64,000 nt of DNA, from the NCBI GenBank assembly GCA_034521575.1, contig JAXHMJ010000002.1, positions 879,692-943,691 on the forward strand, read 5' to 3'. Made by a program: the position numbers and the translations under genes. Numbering within the stretch: position 1 is the stretch's first letter; each line of letters starts with the position of its first letter. Source of the DNA: Candidatus Zhuqueibacterota bacterium (GTDB lineage Bacteria > Zhuqueibacterota > Zhuqueibacteria > Residuimicrobiales > Krinioviventaceae). The notes under the pieces are model-generated. The model was given only the letters and a program-made list of their open reading frames with translations, did no database searches and had not been told where the DNA came from. Of the stretch, positions 1 to 11,500 are shown piece by piece.

Positions 1-585
1 CCACAGCCGCCGATGCCCAACAAAAAATATGTTCATGACGGCATTCTGAACGGCATATACAAGTATCAGCCCGGCAAGACCGGCGGTGACCACGAAGTAC
101 AGTTATTCGGGAGCGGTACGATTCTGAACCGGGTTCTGAAAGCTCAGGACATACTGAACGATCAGTATAACATAAAAGCGGACGTCTGGAGTGTCACCAG
201 CTACAAGGAACTGCATTATGATGCCTTTCAGTGTGACCGCTGGAATATGTTTCATCCCGACAAACAAGCGAAAACGCCATTTATCACCCGTACGTTAAAA
301 GACGCCAATGGCCCGGTGATCGCTGCCAGTGATTATGTTCGCGCACTGCCTGAATCCATCTCTAAATGGATTCCCAATAAAATGCTGTCATTGGGAACAG
401 ACGGTTTCGGCCGGAGTGACGGTCGCGCTCACCTTCGTTCGTTCTTTGAAGTTGATGAATACCATATCGCTTATGCTGCCCTGTATATGTTATATCAGGA
501 AAAGAAAATTAAAGCGGCGGATCTGAAAAAAGCAGTCAAGGATCTGAATATTGATCCCGACAAGGCAAATCCGGTTACAACCTGA
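1..585 (+). CDS. aceE: pyruvate dehydrogenase E1 component, C-terminal fragment (5' part lies outside the window)
   Basis: The frame is open from nt 1. The translation (…GSGTILNRVLKAQDILNDQYNIKADVWSVTSYKEL…LGTDGFGRSDGR…) matches the C-terminal domain of homodimeric E1. It is followed immediately by E2 and E3. Confidence 0.8.
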   Translation, partial: PQPPMPNKKYVHDGILNGIYKYQPGKTGGDHEVQLFGSGTILNRVLKAQDILNDQYNIKADVWSVTSYKELHYDAFQCDRWNMFHPDKQAKTPFITRTLKDANGPVIAASDYVRALPESISKWIPNKMLSLGTDGFGRSDGRAHLRSFFEVDEYHIAYAALYMLYQEKKIKAADLKKAVKDLNIDPDKANPVTT

Positions 586-685
586 TTTTTCAATTGCGCC
601 TATTAAACTGCGGATGCGGAAAATGTATAGTTCAGCATCCGCAGTCTTTAGAAATAATAGTCTCAAAAACATATGAGGATCAAGA

Positions 686-2359
686 ATGTCAATGGAAATT
701 AAACTTCCGGAACTGGGAGAAAATATAGACAGCGGATCAGTCGCATCCGTCCTGATCAAAAAAGGTGACACGGTTGAAAAAGACCAGCCGTTGATTGAAT
801 TGGAGACAGAAAAAGCAGTCGTTGAAGTGCCTTCAGACGCAGCAGGTGTAGTTCAAGACGTACTGGTCAATGAAGGTGATGAAGTAAAGACCGGTCAGGT
901 GATTGTAAAACTTGAGGAAGGGCAAGCTTCTACCAGCAAACCCGCAGAGAAAGAGTCTTCACAAGACACGGAAAAAGAAGAACCTGGGGAGGAATCTAAA
1001 AAACGGAAAAAAGAAACACAAAAAGAACCGGAACCGGAGGAACCGGCAGCAGACGAACCGCCTGCCGGTGAAACCCAAACTGTGGATCTTCAACTCCCGG
1101 CTTTGGGCGAAAACGTCACCAATGGAACCATTGCGGGGATACTCATAAAAGAGGGAGATACGATCTCGGAAGGCCAGAATCTTTTTGAAATTGAGACAGA
1201 AAAAGCGGTTGCAGAGATGCCTTCAGAAGTATCGGGTACGGTACAGGAAATTTTGGTTTCAGAAGGCCAGGAACTGCAGGTAGGAGATACAGTGGCGCGC
1301 ATAATAACCGGAACTCAGGCTCCCGCTTCTCAAAAGAAGAAAACTTTTTCGCAGCAAGAGTCTAAAGAAGAAAAAAAAGAAGCCAAAACTGAAGCAGAGA
1401 CAGAGCCTAAAAAACAAAAGTCTTTCAGGCCGGCTTCCTCCTATCCTTTAACCGACTCGCCCGCACCGGCCGCTCCGTCGGTTCGCCGTTTTGCCCGAGA
1501 GATCGGTGTTGATATCAACCAGGTCAAAGGGACAAGCGCCGGCGGACGAATCAGTATGGATGATGTTAAAGCTCACAGTAAGCAACAGCACGAACAAAAA
1601 TCGGCTCAACCCTCACCGACTGCCGTGCAGGTACCCATGCCGGATTTTTCCAAATGGGGTGAGATCGAGCGCAAACGCATGTCAAAAATCCGCGAAACTA
1701 CGGCGCGACGGCTAAGCCAGGCCTGGAACGCAGTACCGCATGTCACGCAATTCGATAAAGCGGATGTCACCAAGCTGGAAAAACTGCGCAAGCAGCAGGC
1801 CCCCAAAGCCGAAAAAGCAGGCGGTAAACTGACCATCACTGCCATTCTGCTCAAAATTGTGGCGTCGGCATTGCAGAAATTCCCCCAGTTCAATGCCGCC
1901 ATTGATATGGAAAACAAGGAAATAATTTATAAAAAATATTTCTCAATCGGTATTGCCGTCGATACGGAACACGGACTCGTTGTACCGGTAGTGCGCGATG
2001 TAGATAAAAAAAATATCATCGACTTGTCCGTAGAATTGTCGGAAATCGCAGTCAAAGCACGCGAGCGTAAACTTAGTCTGGAAGATATGCAGGGCGGAAA
2101 TTTTTCCATATCCAATCTGGGAGGTCTCGGAGGTACGGCATTCACCCCCGTTGTAAACGCTCCTGAACCCGCCATATTAGGTGTGTCCCGCGGTGGATAT
2201 GAACCCCGATATGAAGACGGTGAATGGGTTCCGAAAATGATGATGCCGCTGTCACTTTCATATGATCATCGTTTAATCGATGGTGCGGACGGCGTACGCT
2301 TTCTGCGCTGGATTTGTGAAGCGCTTGAAGAACCATTCACTGTATTACTGGAAGGCTGA
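686..2359 (+). CDS. aceF: dihydrolipoamide acetyltransferase (PDH E2): two lipoyl domains, E3-binding domain and catalytic domain
   Basis: Two repeats of a lipoyl-attachment domain (…IELETEKAVVEVPS… and …FEIETEKAVAEMPS…). K/E/P-rich linkers, a peripheral subunit-binding domain (SVRRFAREIGVDINQVKGT), and the catalytic motif DHRLIDG near the C-terminus. Confidence 0.9.
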   Translation: MSMEIKLPELGENIDSGSVASVLIKKGDTVEKDQPLIELETEKAVVEVPSDAAGVVQDVLVNEGDEVKTGQVIVKLEEGQASTSKPAEKESSQDTEKEEPGEESKKRKKETQKEPEPEEPAADEPPAGETQTVDLQLPALGENVTNGTIAGILIKEGDTISEGQNLFEIETEKAVAEMPSEVSGTVQEILVSEGQELQVGDTVARIITGTQAPASQKKKTFSQQESKEEKKEAKTEAETEPKKQKSFRPASSYPLTDSPAPAAPSVRRFAREIGVDINQVKGTSAGGRISMDDVKAHSKQQHEQKSAQPSPTAVQVPMPDFSKWGEIERKRMSKIRETTARRLSQAWNAVPHVTQFDKADVTKLEKLRKQQAPKAEKAGGKLTITAILLKIVASALQKFPQFNAAIDMENKEIIYKKYFSIGIAVDTEHGLVVPVVRDVDKKNIIDLSVELSEIAVKARERKLSLEDMQGGNFSISNLGGLGGTAFTPVVNAPEPAILGVSRGGYEPRYEDGEWVPKMMMPLSLSYDHRLIDGADGVRFLRWICEALEEPFTVLLEG

Positions 2360-2441
2360 CGCCATGTCTGATTTTTTGTTTACAGACCGTGGTAATGAAA
2401 GAAAATAAATATGTTAATCACTTGAATTTGGAGACAGAACT

Positions 2442-3860
2442 ATGAGTTCAGAAAAAGCCGATCTTGTCGTCATTGGTGGCGGGCCCGGCGGTTACGCCGC
2501 AGCATTCTATGCAGCCGATCAAGGAATGGATGTCACATTAATCGATCCGGCTAAAAATCCCGGCGGTGTGTGTCTTTACAGAGGCTGTATTCCATCCAAG
2601 GCTCTGCTTCACGTATCCGGCTTGATCGCAGAAGCGCGGGAAGCTGAGAACTGGGGCATCACGTTTTCCGAACCAGATATAAATATAGACAAACTGCGGG
2701 CCTTTAAAAATAAAGTTGTGAAACGGCTGACCGGCGGACTGGGCCAGCTGGTTAAACAGCGTAAAGTCAATCATCTCCAGGCCACGGCCGCATTCGCTGA
2801 TAATAAAACACTGCATATTACAGATACTGAAGGAAATGAATCAACACTATCGTTCAATAAAGCGATCATAGCCACCGGATCGCGTCCGTTTATTTTACCT
2901 GCCTTTCAAATTGACAGTAACCGGGTTATGGATTCAACCAGTGCCCTGGAACTCGAAAATGTGCCTGAAAAACTCCTGATCATTGGCGGCGGGTATATCG
3001 GTCTTGAAATGGGTACCGTCTATGCATCACTGGGAAGCAAGGTATCCGTGGTGGAGATGTTACCGGGCATTCTTCCGGGCGCAGATCGTGATTTGGTCAA
3101 AGTTTTGCAGAAAACCCTGGACAAACGGTTCGAATCCATCATGCTGAATACAAAGGTGACCCAAATTGAGGATACGGGTAAAGGAATCAAGGTATCCCTG
3201 GAGGGTGACACAAATAAACAAGAAACATTTGACAAGGTGATTGTATCCATCGGCAGAATACCCAATTCTGAAAACCTGGGACTGGAAAACACCGGAATCA
3301 AGCTCACGGATCGCGGCTTTATTCAAATCGATGAACAGCGCCGTACCCATGAAGAGAATATCTATGCTATCGGCGACATTGCCGGCGAACCGATGCTGGC
3401 GCACAAGGCTTCGCATGAAGGGATAACAGCCGTTGAAGCCATTGCCGGAGAAAAAACAGCGTTTGAACCGGCGGCGATTCCGGCGGTCGTATTTACCAAT
3501 CCAGATTTGGCCTGGACCGGCCTGACCGAGGAACAGGCCAAAAAACAGAAGCGCGAGATTCAGGTCGCCCGTTTTCCATGGGCGGCATCCGGACGCTCGT
3601 TGACTATGGACCGGACAGATGGTCTGACCAAATTGATCATTGATCCGGAAAGTGAACGTGTTTTGGGTATGGGAATTGTGGGCCCGGGCGCCGGCGAACT
3701 TATCGGCGAAGGTACCCTGGCCATCGAAATGGCTGCCAACGCAACAGACCTTAAAATGACCATCCATCCCCACCCCACTCTCTCTGAAACTTTGATGGAA
3801 ACTGCCGAGATGATATACGGAACCAGCACACATGTATATCGTCCCAAACGCAAAAAATAA
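2442..3860 (+). CDS. lpdA: dihydrolipoyl dehydrogenase (E3)
   Basis: An FAD-binding GGGPGGY motif and the redox-active disulfide CLYRGCIPSK. A second NAD-binding GGGYIG motif and the C-terminal dimerisation HPHPTLSE motif. Confidence 0.9.
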   Translation: MSSEKADLVVIGGGPGGYAAAFYAADQGMDVTLIDPAKNPGGVCLYRGCIPSKALLHVSGLIAEAREAENWGITFSEPDINIDKLRAFKNKVVKRLTGGLGQLVKQRKVNHLQATAAFADNKTLHITDTEGNESTLSFNKAIIATGSRPFILPAFQIDSNRVMDSTSALELENVPEKLLIIGGGYIGLEMGTVYASLGSKVSVVEMLPGILPGADRDLVKVLQKTLDKRFESIMLNTKVTQIEDTGKGIKVSLEGDTNKQETFDKVIVSIGRIPNSENLGLENTGIKLTDRGFIQIDEQRRTHEENIYAIGDIAGEPMLAHKASHEGITAVEAIAGEKTAFEPAAIPAVVFTNPDLAWTGLTEEQAKKQKREIQVARFPWAASGRSLTMDRTDGLTKLIIDPESERVLGMGIVGPGAGELIGEGTLAIEMAANATDLKMTIHPHPTLSETLMETAEMIYGTSTHVYRPKRKK

Positions 3861-3886
3861 TTCTGATGATCCGCGCCTTTTTTAAA

Positions 3887-3929
3887 AAGCAGATTTCACG
3901 GAATCCATAGCCAGGGATCTGCTTTTTTT
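3887..3929 (+). terminator. putative rho-independent terminator after the PDH operon
   Basis: Inverted repeat AAGCAGAT…ATCTGCTT followed by T7, 27 nt past the lpdA stop. The loop is unusually large (22 nt). Confidence 0.35.
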
Positions 3930-3981
3930 CCAGTGGGTTGATGCCCTCAAAAAATAAATATCAGGTCAATCATACAATTGC

Positions 3982-5028
3982 TCAGCTGAAAACCTTGACA
4001 ATCTCATCCTGACTGAATATCGGCAGCTCTGTCTCTTTTCCATCCTGCAAAATCCGTTTCCCCTTGTCCGGGTGCAACAGTTCACCGATATCAGCTGCAA
4101 CGATTCCCTGGTCCTGCAGCGCAGTGAGGAGCGTATCCACGTCCGGAACCGCACAGGCAATCAGCAGTGACCCGGAGGCAATCAGCCCCAAAACATCCAA
4201 ATTATAGACGCCGCACAGTAGTTGAGTAGATTCCAGAACAGGTATTCTGTCGCGGTCCAGTCGTACTCCCAAATTGGCGGCACTGGCCAGTTCATATACT
4301 GCGGTTGCCAGTCCACCCTCAGTGGGGTCATGCATGGCATGTACATTGACCGTTTCAACGGCTGTAAGGGCGGTTCTTTTTACACTAATCCCGGGGTCGA
4401 AAAGCATATTTTGACATGCTTTGATAAATTCCGGTGAATATTTTTTTTTCAACCCGGCAGCATGTTCTCTGGCTATGATCGATGTGCCCTCCACAGCAAT
4501 GGGCTGAGCCAGGACAAGCCGGTCTCCGACCCGTGCGTTCTTTTTTAAAATCAGTCCGTCGAAATCCGTTTCTCCAATCATATGACCGGATACGATCGGA
4601 CGCGGAACATCAGCAGTCACTTCAGTGTGTCCGCCGCAATAGATGACATTTTCCTGTTGACAGGTTTCTGACAGTTGCCTGAATATCCCGTCGGCCTGGT
4701 CTTGAGTTGTACCCGCCGGCAGAATGATCGACGCCATAAACCATTTGGGAACACCGCCCATACAGACAATATCGTTCATGTTAACATGCACGGCATAATA
4801 ACCGATCTGATCAGTTGCAAACGTGATAGGATCGGTTTTACAGATTAAATACCGGTCTGTCATTTCGATAACCGTGGCATCTTCACCCAATCGTGCGCCC
4901 TGTATTACACGATCGGAGTGCCGGGTATACTTTTTGATGAGACGATCCAGCAGATCATGATCCAGTTTGCCGAGCGGTAAACTATCAGAACTGTTGTTCA
5001 TCGCGCAATACAGATCCTCCGTTGACAT
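3982..5028 (-). CDS. AIR-synthase-related protein (PurM/HypE/SelD superfamily, no HypE PRIC tail)
   Basis: 348 aa. Two-domain PurM-like pattern (…GEDATVIE…; …VNVHAMHDPTEGGLATAV…). It lacks the SelD Cys/Sec loop and the HypE C-terminal PRIC motif. Confidence 0.55.
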   Translation of the reverse strand: MSTEDLYCAMNNSSDSLPLGKLDHDLLDRLIKKYTRHSDRVIQGARLGEDATVIEMTDRYLICKTDPITFATDQIGYYAVHVNMNDIVCMGGVPKWFMASIILPAGTTQDQADGIFRQLSETCQQENVIYCGGHTEVTADVPRPIVSGHMIGETDFDGLILKKNARVGDRLVLAQPIAVEGTSIIAREHAAGLKKKYSPEFIKACQNMLFDPGISVKRTALTAVETVNVHAMHDPTEGGLATAVYELASAANLGVRLDRDRIPVLESTQLLCGVYNLDVLGLIASGSLLIACAVPDVDTLLTALQDQGIVAADIGELLHPDKGKRILQDGKETELPIFSQDEIVKVFS

Positions 5029-5737
5029 TTAAAACTTCACCTGTAATGAACCCGGCACCGTCCGAAAGCAAAAAGCAGACAGGTTCCGCAATATCTTTAA
5101 CAGTGGCAACTCGTTTTAAAGGAATCTCGGATAGGATTTCTTCACGGCGTGCATCAATAGCGTCTCTGGTCATATCGGTATAGACCCATCCCGGCGCCAC
5201 GGCATTGACCCGAATATTGCGTGCTCCCAATTCTACCGCAAGCGATTTGGTATAGCTGATCACGGCCCCTTTGGATGCCGCATAAGCGGAATACCGGGGT
5301 TCGCCGCGTTGACCGGCTGTGGACGATATGTTCACAATGGCTGCACCGGATTTCATATAGGGTAAAACAGATTCACAGCAATTCATGACCCCATTTAAAT
5401 TAACATTCACAATCTTGTCGCGAATCTCTTTTTCAATGTGATCTATGGGCGTAGGGAGCCAGACGCCGGCATTATTCACCAATGCGTCAATCGTACCGAT
5501 ATCAGCATAGATATCACGGAATGCTGATGCAACCTGATCCCGATCACGCACATCACATTCAAACGCAAACACAGCAGCCGCATCTCCAAGAGATTGGATC
5601 AACCCGCGGGCAGCCTCTGTGTTGGTATGATATAAAATCGACAACACCGCCCCCTGCTGCGACAGGCAGCGGGCCACCTGGGCACCAATGCCGCGCGATC
5701 CTCCGGTAATAACAATATGTTTTTTCTCAAAGTCCAT
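4985..5737 (-). CDS. SDR-family oxidoreductase (3-oxoacyl-ACP reductase-like)
   Basis: TGGSRGIG Rossmann motif near the N-terminus and a YxxxK catalytic motif (YAASKGAV). The start is placed at MDFEKKHIVITGG, which is the 22nd codon of the tracked ORF. Confidence 0.8.
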   Translation of the reverse strand: MDFEKKHIVITGGSRGIGAQVARCLSQQGAVLSILYHTNTEAARGLIQSLGDAAAVFAFECDVRDRDQVASAFRDIYADIGTIDALVNNAGVWLPTPIDHIEKEIRDKIVNVNLNGVMNCCESVLPYMKSGAAIVNISSTAGQRGEPRYSAYAASKGAVISYTKSLAVELGARNIRVNAVAPGWVYTDMTRDAIDARREEILSEIPLKRVATVKDIAEPVCFLLSDGAGFITGEVLNVNGGSVLRDEQQF

Positions 5738-5929
5738 GATCAATCTCCGCAAGATTATGTAATGATTATTCTTTTTACAAAAACAGATAATAACCGACAT
5801 TCATTTTTGCAAGATATAAAACATAACAGCAAAATGAAACCATTCTTTTTGTCTGCAGGATATATTTCTTTGACCTTTTTACTGTTATATCGTATCATAT
5901 GAAAACAGAACAGCACACAAAAAGAATTC

Positions 5930-6742
5930 ATGCGCGAAATCATAGAAAAAGCTCAAACCGGAGACAGTATAGCCTTTCAATCGTTGGTTGAAGCGCATCA
6001 GATGTTTGCTTTCAGAGTGGCATTTCGTCTATTGTGTCATGAGGAAAATGCACACGACGTCGTACAGGAAGCATTTATCCGGGTCTGGAAACACCTGGAG
6101 AAATTTAACAACCGCAAAAAATTCAGTACTTGGTTGTACAAAATTATTGTCAATTTGTGCTACGATCAAATGAGATGCGCCTGGCATCAGCATCACCAAT
6201 CCATTAATGATGATTGCCCAAGTTTTGCTGAACAGACTGATCTGGAGGAGAACATAAGCAATCAGGATACAACCTATCTTGTATCAGCCCATAAATCATT
6301 CTTTTCCGTTGAAAAAATGAATCAGGAGCTCGTTTTTCCGGATGATTCTGTCGCGATAAGCAGTTCGGCACATTGGCAAAAGGCATTTCGCTGGTTCTAT
6401 ACATTTTTCTATTACAGTGAAACATTCCAGACTATCTTTCCGTTCCGGGGTATACCTCTGGAGCAGGAATTCACTGAACAGGAAATCAAATGGATAAAGG
6501 CAGGAATTGATACCAGCGATATTGACGACAAACTGGATAACTGGATCATCAAATCCATTTTTATCGAGTTTTATACCGCCTTTGAATCATATGCAGCGAA
6601 TCATCCGGATTTAAATATCAGCAGCGCTGAATTGAAAGCAAATCGGGATTCGCTGTATCAGCGGATGATGCATTATGAGTTTCTCGAGACTGATGACACA
6701 AGCTATGTTGATTATTTTACATCCCAAGTTCATTCAATATAA
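5930..6742 (+). CDS. sigma-70 region-2 domain protein (ECF-like N-terminus) with an uncharacterised ~170-aa acidic C-terminal domain and no recognisable region 4
   Basis: The N-terminal ~95 aa match ECF sigma region 2 (…DVVQEAFIRVWKHLEKF…FSTWLYKIIVNLCYDQMR). The rest has no HTH/region-4 signature in any frame. Confidence 0.5.
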   Translation: MREIIEKAQTGDSIAFQSLVEAHQMFAFRVAFRLLCHEENAHDVVQEAFIRVWKHLEKFNNRKKFSTWLYKIIVNLCYDQMRCAWHQHHQSINDDCPSFAEQTDLEENISNQDTTYLVSAHKSFFSVEKMNQELVFPDDSVAISSSAHWQKAFRWFYTFFYYSETFQTIFPFRGIPLEQEFTEQEIKWIKAGIDTSDIDDKLDNWIIKSIFIEFYTAFESYAANHPDLNISSAELKANRDSLYQRMMHYEFLETDDTSYVDYFTSQVHSI

Positions 6743-6855
6743 ATAACAAAGGTCCTGTATCTGTGAGCAGGGCCTTTTTCCCGATGATCGTTAATTGGCA
6801 GTATTGCACAACATGAACAGAACCTGCACATGTGCATTTTCATCGATCAGGGAAC

Positions 6856-8417
6856 TCAAAGATTTGGCAAATAGATTCTCGTCAGTTTGGCAAACTCTTC
6901 AATTTGCTGTTTCTCCCAGGCAGCTGATTTTACAAGCTCTTTACGCATAATTCTGGCCACTTTGGGTGACATTTCTTTTGCTGCGCGGGCATCCAGGAAT
7001 AATACCCGCGTTCGTCTCGCTAAAAAGTCCGTTACCGTGCGTGCCATTTCTTCACGCACCGCCCACACGACCTCTCCGGCACGGATATCATGTCGCTCGT
7101 GCAGTTTCTCATCAAAGTTCTTGTCTTCCCGAAGCAGATTACGGATTTCTACCGCATCAGCCCCATAGTGTTTTAATTCTTTGAATATTTCAGCATGCTG
7201 ATGGTAACCGTGAATGAGCAGATTTTCAGTATTGCAGGGTTTTGAGGGCAGATTAGCAACCAGCGCAGCTTTTTCGATGGTATCCTGAGCCATCTTGCGG
7301 TAAGTGGTCCATTTACCGCCGGCAATAGTAACCAGTCCGGAATTGGAAATAGTAAGTACATGATCTCTGGAGAGCGCGGCTGTATTTTTGGTTTCCGGAT
7401 CAAGAACCAGGGGGCGAATCCCTGTGAAAATGCTTTGTATATCCTGCATATCCGGGTCTTTGCTTAAATATTGCGCCGCATGTTTGAGCAAAAATCCTAT
7501 TTCTTCATCCATTGGTACGGGTTCAACATCAAGCGTTTCTACAGGTGTATCCGTCGTCCCGACAATGACGTGATTGTACCAGGGAATGGCAAACATCACC
7601 CGGCCATCCGCCGTATGCGGCACCATGATAGCCGTATCACCGGGCAGAAACTCGCGTTCCAGGACCAGATGTATGCCCTGGCTGGGCTGGATCATCGGCT
7701 GCACCTGTGGATCATCCATCCTTCGAACGCCGTCTGCGAACGGGCCGGTGGCATTGATAACGGCTTTCGCTGACAATTCGTATTCTCTGCCGGTTTCAAG
7801 ATCTACGGTGATCACTCCCGAGATCATTTCATTCTCTTTCATCACTCCGGTTACCGGCATGTAATTCACCACAACAGCGCCCTGTTCTTCGGCAGTACGG
7901 GCCAAATTAATCACCAGACGCGCATCATCAAATTGTCCGTCGTAATAAATAACACCGCCGTCAAGTCCTTTGGTTTCAATCGTCGGAATACGCTCAATGG
8001 TTTTTTCTTTGGAAATCCATTTTGATTTACCGAGCCCCTCCTGCAGGCCATCATATCATAAATTTTGAGCCCGATTCCGTAAAAAGGTCCCTCCCACCAG
8101 TCATAATTCGGCACAACAAACGGCAAATCACTCACCAGATGCGGAGCATTGCGCATCAGAATGCCGCGCTCGCGAAGTGCCTCCAGAACCAGCGTAATGT
8201 TTCCCTGCTGTAAGTAGCGTACGCCGCCGTGAACCAGTTTTGTGCTGCGGCTTGAGGTACCCTGACTAAAATCACCTTTTTCCAATAACAGAGTCTTGTA
8301 TCCTCGCGCGGCCGAATCCACCGCAACGCCCATTCCGGTCGCTCCCCCGCCGATAATAATAATATCCCATTTACCTTTTTGATCCTGAAGCTGCGCCAGC
8401 ATTTTATCGCGATTCAT
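6856..8417 (-). CDS. glpD: FAD-dependent glycerol-3-phosphate dehydrogenase (GlpD/GlpA family), interrupted by a single-base frameshift near nt 8041-8049
   Basis: The N-terminal ORF (7911-8417) has the FAD dinucleotide-binding motif IIIIGGGATGMGVAVDSAARG. The C-terminal ORF (6856-7914) continues …GVIYYDGQFDDARLVINLARTAEE… upstream of its first Met in a -1 frame. The two frames join at …KIYDMMA|…LQEGLGKSKW. Confidence 0.8.
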
Positions 8418-8591
8418 AACCTGTCCCGTCTGACTATGGTTTGCTTTTTATTGTTTTATAAAATAAAAACATTTTCGGGGAATAGAAACAGTTTTTTAAA
8501 CATTCAATGCGGATAACAATATAAATGAGCTGGATCATCCCCTCATTCCCGGCCGTCTGTATTCAACAGACGGCCGGTTGGAATCTTGATA

Positions 8592-11500
8592 CTATTTAAT
8601 CAGCAGCATCTTTTGAGTGCTGGAAAACGATTTCAGCTGTCATTTTGCACAAATACACACCTGACGGCTGTTGAGCAGCATCCCATTCAACACTGTGATA
8701 CCCCGCATTCATCACATTATTCATCAGAGTCGCAACGCACTGGCCACTCATGTTAAACACTTTGATGTTAACAAGAGTACGCACCGGGGTCTCAAAACTG
8801 ATCCGGGTCACCGGATTAAAGGGATTCGGGAAATTCGGTCTCAGTACAAAATTGTCCGGTCTCTCTGCTCTCGAATCCACAGCTGTTCCGGCGCCGCCTG
8901 TTAATCCGGTCAATACATACATCTGATCCGGCCGGTAAACAATCGGCATCGAATCAGCCTGCGCCTCCGCCCGGTACTCATATTCTGTTTCATGGTCCCA
9001 GACTTTAAAGTACAAGCTGTCTCCGGCGTAAAAACCGTCTTTGACTGATGTCATACCATCATCACCCCACAGGGTGATCAGCAGATTATCTCCTTCCCAG
9101 ACCGAAGCGCCGCAGCAGAGTCCGTCCGAGTTGAAAACTCCGATTTCATCGCCATCTTTTAATGCGGTACCGTCGGAGAACACCGGATTGGCGGATGTCG
9201 GGATCACCAGACTGGCATTCTCGCCGGTATTCCCTTTAACGGTGAAATGCACAGGTTGAGCGGTTTGCGTGGATTTTGATTTTCCCAATATCGTCACAAC
9301 CAGCGGAAATCTCAGACTCGCGGATTCGGCCATGGACAGCTTGTAAGCTTCGCCGGGTTCAAGTTCACCGATCGTATTAATACCAAATTCGGGAATGAAC
9401 GAATTGCCCTGCATATCTTTGGCCAGCAAAAGTTTTGATCCTAATTCCGAGAAACAGAAAGCCGCCGGAGCGGGGAACTGCGGCAGATAACCAATCATGT
9501 TCCAGCCGCGTTGCAGCTGAATCAAAAAGTCCGAATCGACAGGAGTCCCGTTGACCTCTATTGTCTGTTCGGTTTTCATCAATACTTTATATCCCTTGGT
9601 AAAATTCAGATCACCGAGATTATTAATCCCAAATTCAGGCAGCCAGGTATTTCCCAATCCGTCTTTCATAATCTGAATATGACTGCTAATGCCTTCAAGA
9701 GCGGTATCGATTCTGTTATCATCATTGGTGATATTGTAGGAAAATCCGTTCCAGCCTGTGGAGAATGCTTTTTCGAATGTCACATCAGAAGAAGTATTGA
9801 AACTTGCAATGACAAAAAGTGCATCAGTCTGGTAAACACCGCTGCCCTGGGAATAGGTCACCTGGACATCACGGATTTCCCGCTGTGTTTCGGGTTGCAG
9901 CACCCGGTATTGTATGTCTTCACCGGCTGTAAATCCTTCAACCACATCCGCTGTAGCAGGATCATCGCCCCACGCCGTAATTTGCATATTCTCACCCTGC
10001 CATCTGGAATAACCGCAGCAAATACCTTCACTGCTAAACACACCCACATAATTGCCGGTTGCAAGAGATATGTCATCCACCCTCGGTTCTGCCGACAGCG
10101 GCAGGACGATCGTAGCATTATATCCGGTGTTTCGTACGGATTTCCAGGTGTCCGGCAGATGCGCTGTATCTCCCGGCTTGATAACAGCAGCATAATCCTC
10201 AACCTCGCCGTCCAATGCGAGTCCGTAATACGGCAGGTTGGGTTCGGTACTGAATCTGACGCGCATCATCGTATTGCCGGAATCCGCAACAGCAGGAACA
10301 GGGACGGCCACCAAATCCTGTCCTGCATCCATTTCATAATCCTGCAGTACATGTTCAAACCCGTCATTCCAGGCGCTGTCACTGTTGCAGTCAATCCAGA
10401 TGTTCAGATATCCGGCAGCAGACACATCCATCCAACTGTAAAAGTTTTCACCGGTTAATAAAACAATCGGCTCTTCGATGCCGTCTTCATCATCCACACC
10501 CCGGGCATCATCACCTGTAGCGTTGTTCAGAATCCCGGCATCCTTTTCCATGTCAATGAATTCACCAAGATACACATCCGGGGACTGGAGATGTTTGGCG
10601 CCGTTGTGGGCATCCAGGGTTTGATAAAGTACCCCGGCTGCATCGCCAAAGTCATACTGGACGCCGTACCGGTTGGTATGCAGCAGAAAAGCCAGATCCA
10701 CATCAGTTCCTACAGGGGCGTATTCAGTAATTTCCACAGGCTCGGCGGTATTCACCGGTTCGGTAATCCGCACCGCATCCTCGTGAAAATAATGCTGACG
10801 CGAGACCCAGCCCCATTCATTCGCATCAGGAATATCCTCATAAATCGGTGCAATGCAGATCCAGTAATGGTTGGAATCACCAAGCTGATAGAACCAGTCC
10901 GCATCATCCGGAATATGATAGGTATATTTGAAACAACTTTGAGGATCATCGGAGCTACCCGGTACGTGAATGCTGTCTTCCAGCGTCTCGGTAAACTGAT
11001 CCCGGCCGACCAGCCAGCCGTATATTCCATTGGCCGGCCCTTCGCCCTCGGTTGTCGTTTCATGATCAAGGATGGCAATGAGAAAGCTGTCAGGTGCATT
11101 CGCAGGCGGGGTTGTTTCATCCCAATTATCGTACGCACCCCACCAGGTTACGCCGGTTACGGGTTCAGAATTGCTGCAATACCAGTCATCGGCTAAAAGA
11201 TGCGAACCGAATCGGCTGGATATGGCTTTTCCTTCAAACCAGTCTCTTGGAGCCCGCAAGGGCAGCAGGGGCGGTTGCGCCCATTTGAGAGTATCCGTAC
11301 CCCCCGGCAACTCGGTCAAAACATTTCCAAATATATACGGCGCATAAAAATCATCCGCATCGATATTGATATCGTAATACGGAATCGGGCCCGGATAAAC
11401 CTGCCGCCAGCCCGGCTGCAGCTGTTCCCGCAGTTTGTAATGTCCGTAATCCGGATCAATAATAGCAAACAATCCTCGATGATCGGTCACGGCTGACGCT

